Positions 50,865 to 62,200 of a stretch of 64,000 bases of DNA are shown here, in pieces. Position numbers and translations under genes: made by a program. The DNA comes from a virus, in the IMG/VR virus record IMGVR_UViG_3300027782_000054, positions 1 to 64,000 of that record. One strand, 5' to 3'. The notes beneath the pieces were generated by a model. It searched no databases and was not told where the DNA came from. It worked only from the letters and a program-made list of their open reading frames with translations. How positions within the stretch are numbered: position 1 is the first letter of the stretch; each line of letters starts with the position of its first letter.

Positions 50865-51647
50865 ATGACTAGTAGCTCTGAACAGACTTATATGGGTCCT
50901 GCTGGTCCTAGTGGCGCAGCTGCTCCCTATGGAATATCCACAATAGCTTCTGCGTCTACAGTAGCCATTACGTCTGGATATACACATCTTATCACTGGCG
51001 TAGTCCCCATTACTAAAATGACTGGTGGTATCCAAGGGTATACAGTGACCTTGGTCGCTTCTGCTCAATCATCTGGAATTTGTATTATCATTACCAATGG
51101 TGATGGTTTTACACAAGACACACTTAGTTTAGTTGGATCAAGATCACTTGGTCTTTATGCTGGCGAGTCTATTACTTTTCAATATGATGGTGGATCATGG
51201 AATGAAGTCGGGAGAAATCTAAAAGATATATTAGATTTTCAATCAATATCTTCGACAGTGCCTTTCACTGGTGGACAGTTCTCTATAGCACAACTCGTAA
51301 TAGCACATAATGCTATCACGTTTGATGGTGCGACTCCTATTGAAATTAAGTTTCATTGTCCAGCAATTACCGCTCAAAAACCCTATGGTAGCGATGGTAT
51401 ATCAATACAGATATGGGCAGGAACGGTCTATACTGCGGATATTGGATACATGGGAAAAGGAAATATCCAAAGTTCTAGTTACATTGGATCATACTCTCGA
51501 TACTTTATTCCTCCTCACTCATCAGTACAATATACCATTAGAGTTTTGGGAACTGTTGAAAGTCCAGGTTCAAATTATATTCAAGCAGGAAATAGTAGTT
51601 CAGGTAATTATGGAAATGCTTACTCAGTAATAAGAAGAGCGATTTAG
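50865..51647 (+). CDS. Cassette protein 6 (class A)
   Basis: MTSSSEQTYMGPAGPSG start plus shared core. Confidence 0.75.
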   Translation: MTSSSEQTYMGPAGPSGAAAPYGISTIASASTVAITSGYTHLITGVVPITKMTGGIQGYTVTLVASAQSSGICIIITNGDGFTQDTLSLVGSRSLGLYAGESITFQYDGGSWNEVGRNLKDILDFQSISSTVPFTGGQFSIAQLVIAHNAITFDGATPIEIKFHCPAITAQKPYGSDGISIQIWAGTVYTADIGYMGKGNIQSSSYIGSYSRYFIPPHSSVQYTIRVLGTVESPGSNYIQAGNSSSGNYGNAYSVIRRAI

Positions 51648-51655
51648 GATATACA

Positions 51656-52438
51656 ATGACAAGTAGTATTTCACAAGTATATATAGGAACAATGGGACAA
51701 ACTGGACCCACTGGTCCTACTCATAATTCAGGATCTATTCATATATATTCAGATTCTTCTATTGCAATAACCCCCTACTCCACAAACTATATACAGCTTG
51801 GGGATAATCAGATTATCCAATCCATGACAGGGGGATCACCTGGGGATATTATAAATATAAAATCAGATGTATTCCCTCCTCCTGACATCCCCGGAAAAAC
51901 TTATCTTACTCTGCAGAATGGCGTTGGATCAAATAGCCTTTTATTGAGAGATTCTAAGGATGTTAGTCTTTATATTGATGATTCAGTAATGTTTCAGAAT
52001 GATGGAACTCAATGGATTGAAATAAGTCGCAATATTCAAAAAGTATTGTCTCATCAATCATCATCTTCTTCAAAAACTATCAATCATAATACTGAGGCCA
52101 CTGCTAGTCTAGCCCTTACTCATGATCAATTTGAGTTTGATGGATCTACTGCAATAGAAATTATGTACTTTATGCCTAAACTTGACTTAGCCGACACAAG
52201 CTTTTCTGTAATATTATTTGACAATGGTTCTTCTGTAGGCAAAATGGGATATTCAAATATTACGGCAACTTACCCATCTTCTGTTTCACAACTTTTAACA
52301 CCGACATCTGGAAGCCATGAATATAGTATTAGATTATTGAATTCAGGAAGCAATCCAACGACTATATCTGCAGGCGCTGGTACTTCATCAGGGTCTAATC
52401 CAGGCCCAATGTATTCAATAATGAGAAGGATATCGTAA
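51656..52438 (+). CDS. Cassette protein 7 (class A)
   Basis: MTSSISQVYIGTMGQTGPTG start plus diverged core. Confidence 0.75.
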   Translation: MTSSISQVYIGTMGQTGPTGPTHNSGSIHIYSDSSIAITPYSTNYIQLGDNQIIQSMTGGSPGDIINIKSDVFPPPDIPGKTYLTLQNGVGSNSLLLRDSKDVSLYIDDSVMFQNDGTQWIEISRNIQKVLSHQSSSSSKTINHNTEATASLALTHDQFEFDGSTAIEIMYFMPKLDLADTSFSVILFDNGSSVGKMGYSNITATYPSSVSQLLTPTSGSHEYSIRLLNSGSNPTTISAGAGTSSGSNPGPMYSIMRRIS

Positions 52439-53181
52439 TGGCTAGTAGCTCTCTACAAGTATATCCTGGCCCTACTGGTGCTACTGGAGCAGCTATACCC
52501 GCTAGTATTTCAACCATAGCCTCTAGTGGCTCTATTGCAATTACTCCAGACTATACTCATTTAATTACTGGAACAAATACAATAAGCACGATGACTGGTG
52601 GAACTACTGGATCAACCGTTATTCTCATTGCTTCTGAAAGTGACATACTTATACTAAGTCATGATACTGGGTCAGATAATTTAAAACTAAGAGACAGTAA
52701 GAATTTTGGCATCTATTCTGGTGAATCTGTGACTTTCCAATATGATGGCACAAAATGGATAGAAGTTGGTCGTAATACCAGATCAATCCTTAGCTACAAA
52801 TCTACTCAATCTGCTATTACTGTCAGTGGAACATCTGAAGCTACTGCTGTATCTCTCTTTAGCCATGACTCTATCCCTTGCGATGGAGTAACTCTAGTCC
52901 AAATTGAATTTAGTTGCAACGCATTGACATCCAGTACGTCTAGTGATACATATTTTGTACTTTTTGAAGACGGAGTATCAAAAGGATTCATAGGAGTAAG
53001 CACCATGGACTCAGTATCATACCCGATAACAACTTCTAGAATATTCACACCTTCATCTGGAAATCATCAATATTCTATAAAAGCCTATAGAACTACTGGG
53101 AACAATACTATCCAGGCTGGCAATGGAACATCGGGAAATTACAGCGCTGCATATTCTATAATTACAAGAGTTTTCAGGTAA
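52438..53181 (+). CDS. Cassette protein 8 (class A)
   Basis: MASSSLQVYPGPTGATG start plus shared core. Confidence 0.75.
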   Translation: MASSSLQVYPGPTGATGAAIPASISTIASSGSIAITPDYTHLITGTNTISTMTGGTTGSTVILIASESDILILSHDTGSDNLKLRDSKNFGIYSGESVTFQYDGTKWIEVGRNTRSILSYKSTQSAITVSGTSEATAVSLFSHDSIPCDGVTLVQIEFSCNALTSSTSSDTYFVLFEDGVSKGFIGVSTMDSVSYPITTSRIFTPSSGNHQYSIKAYRTTGNNTIQAGNGTSGNYSAAYSIITRVFR

Positions 53182-53223
53182 CAAGACTTACATTTAAGCA
53201 GTAACTTTGTATTAATATTAGAT

Positions 53224-55059
<1,836 letters not shown>

Positions 55060-55112
55060 CCTAATTAATTATTTTATGCTATAATATATTTAATTATTAT
55101 AGGATATCAAAT

Positions 55113-56165
55113 ATGAGACTACACCTTGTTGCAATGCCCCATACTAAAGTAACCGCAGAGTTTTGCGGTTGTGCATATACGGCGAAGGCATTGAAGTTCT
55201 GCAAAATGATGACTGCTATTGGTCATGAAGTTATTCTTTACGCGCCCGAAGGCAGCGATGAGACTTATGCCAAACTAGTAGTTTGTCTTACAAATGAAGA
55301 GCGCATTGGCATCTTTGGTGAAGATGATTCATCAAGACTTCCTGCGTGGCCTAATGATGATGAGTGGAGGCTCTTTAATCAAAGAGCCATTGAGGGTATC
55401 AAGGAAAACGCAGATCCTCACGATCTTGTTCTTCTAGCATCTGGTTGGTCACAAAAGGCTATCCAAGATGCTCTTCCTGATCTTCTTTATTGTGAGCCAG
55501 GAGTAGGATATGAAGGTATCTTAACCTCAAGATGTGCATTTGAATCATATGCCTGGATGCATCATATCTATGGCAAAGCCAATATCAATGATGGTAGATG
55601 GTATGACGCTGTAATTCCAAATTACTTTGATATGGCCGATTTCCCCACTATTGGAGAAGGAAAAGGCGGTTACCTAGCTTACCTAGGCAGACTTATTCAT
55701 CGTAAGGGTGTAGAAACTGCTGCTCAAATAGCCAAAGATATGGGTATGCCATTAAAGATTGCTGGTGCAGGTCATATGAATCTACCTGGAGATGTTGAAT
55801 TTATTGGTCCAGTAAATGTGCAACAAAGGGCCGAATTCCTTGGTGGAGCAGTCGCTCTACTTACTCCAACCTATTATATTGAGCCATTTGGCGGTGTAGC
55901 CATTGAAGGAATGATGTCTGGAACACCTGTAATCACCACAGATTGGGGTGCTTTTAGCGAAACAGTCAAGAATGACGTAAGCGGATACCGTTTCAGACTG
56001 CTCCGTGAGGCCATAGAAGGCGTTGAGAAGGCTGCAAGCCTTGATCGCAATGCTGTGCGTCAGTATGCAATAGATAACTATTCACTAGAAGCCGTAGGAC
56101 CCATGTTTGATAAATGGTTTAATAACCTTCAAACACTCTGGGGCGATGGCTGGTATGCTAAATAA
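55113..56165 (+). CDS. GT4 family glycosyltransferase
   Basis: YLGRLIHRKG, EPFGGVAIEGMMSGTPVITTDWGAFSE. Confidence 0.9.
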   Translation: MRLHLVAMPHTKVTAEFCGCAYTAKALKFCKMMTAIGHEVILYAPEGSDETYAKLVVCLTNEERIGIFGEDDSSRLPAWPNDDEWRLFNQRAIEGIKENADPHDLVLLASGWSQKAIQDALPDLLYCEPGVGYEGILTSRCAFESYAWMHHIYGKANINDGRWYDAVIPNYFDMADFPTIGEGKGGYLAYLGRLIHRKGVETAAQIAKDMGMPLKIAGAGHMNLPGDVEFIGPVNVQQRAEFLGGAVALLTPTYYIEPFGGVAIEGMMSGTPVITTDWGAFSETVKNDVSGYRFRLLREAIEGVEKAASLDRNAVRQYAIDNYSLEAVGPMFDKWFNNLQTLWGDGWYAK

Positions 56166-56234
56166 AAAAGTCAATGCACAAAATAAGGTAAAAACTCTAG
56201 CATAATCTGTAGATAGTTCATAGATAGGCAATAG

Positions 56235-59200
56235 ATGGAATTTTACCCACTAGGCGACGACTCTTTAGGTACAGACGGCAGTGTTCAGCATGATATCCCC
56301 CTTGAGACTTCTGTTTCTACTTCTGTTAGGGAAAATAAAAAAGCATATGTTCTATTGGTGTCTGCTACGCAGAATGTTCTTTCGTTCCTTTATATCCTAA
56401 AAGCTGTGATCCTTGCTGCATCTATTCTCACCTCTATTCCTAATGCGATAGGAAAAGCAATTGCCAAGCGCATTCCATTTATTCAGAGTCCCTCATTTGC
56501 ATTTAGTCATGCAATTCAATTATTTATCGGCAAGATCACTGCTCTTACTCAATCATCTCTTGCTACCACAATAGTCCATGAGCTTAAGACCATTGCTATC
56601 ATAGTAGCCGACTCTGCAAATCTTACAAAAAATATCCTCTTTAATCGCTTAGTAAGTCAATCTGCCAATATTGCTCGTACAAATGCCATAGCCAAGACAA
56701 TCTTGGCTACGCAAGGCTTGTTCATTGCTGTTATTAAGGCTATCGCACTAACTATTGCTTCAAGTGTGACAACTACAGTCAATGTTGCCAAAGATCATAT
56801 TCAGCATCTTAAGGCCATCGCTGCTTCTGTACTTGGAACAGCATCTCTACTTAAGAATATTGGGTTCAATAGATCTGCTTCACAAAGCTCAAATCTATCC
56901 CGCAATAACCTTATCTCTAGAACTATTTCAGCTGCACAAAGCGCGTCATTTGGACTTGGAAGAGGCATCCAGTTCTTTATCGGGAAGTTTGTAGTTGCAA
57001 CTCAATCTTCAGTCGTAACAAAAACGGTCAAAGATCTGAAAACTATTGCAGCTTCTGTGGTAGCATCAGCCTCAATCTCTAAGGCTATCTCATTCGCTAG
57101 ATCCATTACCCAGTCTTCAAATCTAAGTGCTGCAAAAGCCTTTAGTCAACTTATCTCTGTTGTTCAATCTACTAACTATGCCCTTGCCAAGGGTTTCCAA
57201 ATGCTTGTCGGCAAGTTTGTTATCTTCACTCAAGCTTCAGTTATTAGAAAAGCAGTTAAAGAGCTAAAGACAATCTCTGCCATAGTAGCTGATTCTGTCA
57301 ATATTGCTAAACTTATCTCATTCAAGAGATTAGCGGGTGCTGTTAATTCAGGTTTCCTAGCTAAAGAAACATCTCTCGTTCGTCGCGTAACACAGTCCTC
57401 TTCCTATGGATTCACCAGAGGGTTCCGCATGGCTATTGGCAAGTTTATTGTAAGTACAGTTGGCTCTGTCATTAGGAAAACAGTCCAAGAGCTTAAAACG
57501 ATCTCTGCCACTGTGTCAGACTCTGTCACTCTTTCTAAGGCTAAGTCACTTACTCTGGCGATTCTGCAGTCATCCAGTCTCTCTCCGACTAAGGCTATTG
57601 GTAAATTTGTATCTGCTTCTCAAGGAGCAGCTTATGGATTTACCAAGGGTTTCCAGATGGTGGTTGGAAAGATTATTATTGCCACGGATGCTTCTGTTGT
57701 CCGCAAAGCAGTACAAGAACTTAAGACCATTTCAGCTACAGCATTAAGTTCTGTCAGTGTACTTAAGAACATCCTATTTAATAGAACGGCTTCCCAGTCT
57801 GCTACATCTACATTAACAAAGTTTATATCAAAAACAATAATTGTCTCACAAAGCATTGTTGCTTATATAACCAAGGCTATCAATAAGCTCATTCAGGGTA
57901 TTAATGTTGCAACACAAGTATCAGTCAATTCAGACATTATTCTTCACCTGAAGGCCATCTCTGTTGCAGTTGCAAACTCAGCATCTCTAATGAAGGCAAT
58001 CTTATTCAATAGACTTGCTACTCAATCAGAAAGCCTCGCACAAAATAAATTCATTGCAAAGACAACCTCTTCCATTCAGTCTTTATCTTACGGCTTTGTA
58101 AAAGGATTCCAGATGGTGGTTGGAAAGATTATTGTCGATGCACAGGCTTCAGTTATTCGCAGAACAGTACAGGAACTTAAGTTTATCTCTGCAGCTGTAG
58201 CCAACTCAGCCACAATAGCCAAGAGCGTTCTATTTAATAGGATCGCCACTCAATCATCAACTGTCTTCATCGCCAAGGCTATAAGTAAAACTATTGCATT
58301 CGCTCAAAGCCTTATCTTTGTCTTTACTAGAGGAATGCAACTCTTTGTCAGCAAGACTATAGTTGATGTATCTGCCTCAGTCGTAAGAAGATCTATTAGT
58401 GAACTTAAGGCTATCTCAGCGACAGTATCTAACTCAGTCAATCTTATGAAGAGTGTTCTTTTCAATCGCATAATTGTACAGTCATCTACTTCTCGTCTAA
58501 CAAAGGCAATCTCTAGATTTGTTGATTTTGCTCAAGCAGCAACTGTTGCTCTAACAAACAATAGAGCTATATACCAAACTATATCTACACAAGTATCATC
58601 TTCAATAGCTCGCATTATTGATGTCTCTAAGGGTGTCGCCTCTAGCGTAGCCACCTACTCAATGCCATTCAAGGCGATAACTCTTGATATTGCCAAGATC
58701 ATCTCTGCTTCAGTCGTGACTGTTGCCAAGGACAACATAAGAGAATTTAAGATGATTGCAATATCTGTAGCTAACTCAGTTTCAATAGCGAAGGCAATTG
58801 TATTTAATCGGTTTGTAAATCAATCAAGCAGTTTAACGAGAAATGTTGCTATTAATAAAGCCGTATCAATTTCTCAGAGCATAGCGTTCACCTTCGCAAA
58901 GGGCGTTCAAATTGCTGTTGGTAAAATCATCGTTGCAATCCAGGCTTCTGTAGCAAGGATGACTGTTCAGGAGCTTAAAGCAATTGCCGCTTCAGTCTCT
59001 AACTCAGTAAGTGTTGCAAAGTCCACCGTGTATGCAATACAATTGTTGCAAAGCTCTAGTTTAAACCTCACAAAGTTTATCTCTAAAGCTGTTTCCGCCG
59101 GACAAGCAATATTCTTTGTCTTCGCCAAGGGCGTACAAATCCTCGTTGGAAAGACAATAGTCGCGTCTGTAGGCTCTGTAGCTAGGAAAACTGTTCAAGA

Positions 59201-62200
59201 ACTCAAAGCGATTACGGCCACTGTTGGAAACTCCGTTACTCTGTCTAAGGCCAAGTCGCTTACCTTAACCGTTCTACAGTCATCTACGCTTGGACCAGTA
59301 AAGGCCATCACAAAGTTTGTATCTGCGGCACAGGGAGCGTTATATGGCTTCACAAAGGGCTTCCAAATGGTCGTGGGCAAGGTTATTGTGTCTATCCAGG
59401 CATCAATGGTCAAAAAGTCTATAGCGGAACTTAAGGCGATTGCTGCTTCAGTTGCAAATTCAGTCAATATTACGAAAAATATCTTCTTCAATCGTGCATT
59501 CAATCAAGTTACGTCAGTTGCTCGCACTAATGCCATACACAAGAATATTAGTGCCATCCAAGGCTCACTTGTTGCAATAGCAAAATTAGTTGCATTAACA
59601 CTTAGTGCCTCTGTAAATACAATTGCGACTGTGACCAAAACTCACATTGCACATCTCAGAACCATCTCTGTCTCTGTCTTTAATGCAGCTACTTTAGTCA
59701 AGAATATCTCATTCAATAGAATCTCATCTCAGTCTGCCACTCTAATACGCGGTAAGGCTATCTCTAGAGCGGTATCTATTGCACAATCTACATTCTATGT
59801 CTTTAGCAAGGGCGTACAGATATTTGTCAGTAAGTTCATCGTAGATACTCAGGCATCTGTTGTCAGAAGAGCAGTTAAAGAGATTAAGACGATCTCTGCT
59901 ACTGTATCAAATTCAGTATCTATCGCCAAATCAATCTTATTCAATAGAAGCATCTCTCAAGCAAGTAATCTATCTTCACACAAGTCAACTAACAAATTTG
60001 TTAATGCTGTACAAAGCTCTTATTTCGTATTCTCTAGGGGAGTGCAGCTATTCATTAGCAAGTTCATCGTTGCCTCTGTTGTTTCTGTTGCCAAAGTCGC
60101 TGTTGCTGAGATCAAGGCTATCTCCGCATCTGTATCTAGCTCTGTCAATTTGACAAAGGCTATCTCATTCAGCAGATTTATTACACAATCTAATAACCTA
60201 CAGCACAACAAAACTATCTCTAAAGCAATAGATGTTGTTCAATCTTCATTCTTTGCTTTAGCCAAGGGTTTTGAAATGATCGTAGGAAAGATTGTAGTCG
60301 TAATCCAGTCTTCAGTAATAAGAAGAACAGTCAGCGAACTGAAGACTATCTCTGCTTCAGTCGCCAATTCAATCAACCTACTTAAACTTATATCATTCAG
60401 CAGAAACGTAAATCAATCTTCAGTTCCTGGGTTCACCAAGGGCTTCCAGATGTTCATCTCTAAATTCATTGTTGAAACACAAGCCACTGTAGTCAAGAGA
60501 GCAGCGGAAGAATTCAAGATAATCTCTGCCACTGTATCTAGCTCAGTATCATTAGCTAAGGAAATCTTATTTAATAGATCCCTAATCCAAGGTTCGTCAT
60601 CAACAATAGCCAAGGCGATTTCCAAATTCATATATGCATCACAAAGCACTTCAGTAAATATTGCAAAGAGAATCTCTCTAGTAATTAAGGCATCTGTTTC
60701 TACTATAGTAACTCTGATTAAGACACACGTTGCACATCTCAGGACAATTGCTGTAGCAGTCTCAAATCCAACATCGCTTATTAAAGCAGTGCAGCAACAC
60801 AAGCCTACCTTAGTAGCTTCTAATTTCGTATTCAATAAGTTTATTGGGACAGCCTTATCAGTAACACAGGGCGCTCTTTATGGATTTACCAAGGGCTTCC
60901 AAATGTTCATTAGTAAGATCATTGTCGATACTCAGTCTTCTCTGGTAAGAAGATCTATTCGTGAAATTAAGACAATTTCACTAGCAGTAATGAGTTCAGC
61001 GAATGTTGCCAAGAATATATTGTTTACTAGACTTACTACACAATCATCTATTGTATCTTTAAACAAGGTCGTATCTCTTACGATTGCCTTTGTACAAAAT
61101 ACAGCCTATACCTTCCTTAAGGGTTTCCAGATGCTCGTTGGCAAGTTTATCGTTGCAACACAGATTGCTGTAGCCAGAAAAGCAATTGCTGAAATCAAGG
61201 CTATCTCGGCTATCGTCTCAAACTCAGCTTCAATTGCAAAGGCCATCTTATTCAGTCGCAATGCTACTCAATCATCTAGTTCTGAAATCGCTAAAGCAAT
61301 CTCAAAGATTGTTCACTTCATACAGAGTGCTTCGTATTCAATTAGAAGAAATGTTTACCTAACAATATCTAGTGTTGTTAATGTATCTGTAACTCTTAGC
61401 AAGATGGGAGTAGCACATCTCAGGACTATCTCTGTATCTGTATCTAATTCAGCTACTCTAATCAAAGACCTTGTCTTTAATAGAAGTGCGTCACAAGCCT
61501 CTGTCTTGAATCCTGCTAAGTTTATCTCTAAGACTACATCTCTCGCTCAGAGCATGGCCTACGGCTTCACGAAGGGCTTCCAGATGGTTGTAGGCAAGAT
61601 CATATCTGCCACTCAAATAGCCGTAGCTAGAAAAACTGTTCAGGAACTTAAGGCAATCACGTTTGCTGCCGCTAGCAATGTAAATATTACAAAAGCTATA
61701 TTCTTAAGTACGCTTGTTACTCAGAATATATCTGCGACAATAACTAAGCTTATTGGTAAGACCTTGGAGGCTATCCAATCTGCGGTTGCTACTCTAGCTA
61801 AGAATATATCTCTAACCATACGCAGTATAGTTACCACAGTAGTAACTGTAACTAAGACTCATATTGCTCACCTCAGGACCATTTTAGCAACGGTAGGAAG
61901 TCCTGCATCCTTGGTGAAGGCAGTGCAGCAGCATAAGGTAGTCACAACCCCCCTGAGCTTTACTTTTGTTAAGCACATCAGAGAAACTCTCTACGCTTCT
62001 CAAGGCGCTGTTTACGGGTTTATCAAGGGTTTCCAGATGGTCGTCGGTAAGATCCTATCTTCTACTCAGATAACTCTTGCTAGAACAACAATTGCAGAGC
62101 TTAAGACTATCTCTCTTACTGTTGCAAATACAGCCAATCTCAATAAGGCTATCGCCTTTAGTAGAGTAGTAGCACAATCCTCAACAGTTGCTCTATTTAA

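Noticed and set aside
46141-53181. DGR or shufflon explanation for the paralog array
   Set aside because: No reverse transcriptase, invertase, inverted crossover sites or adenine-only TR/VR pair seen in the window.
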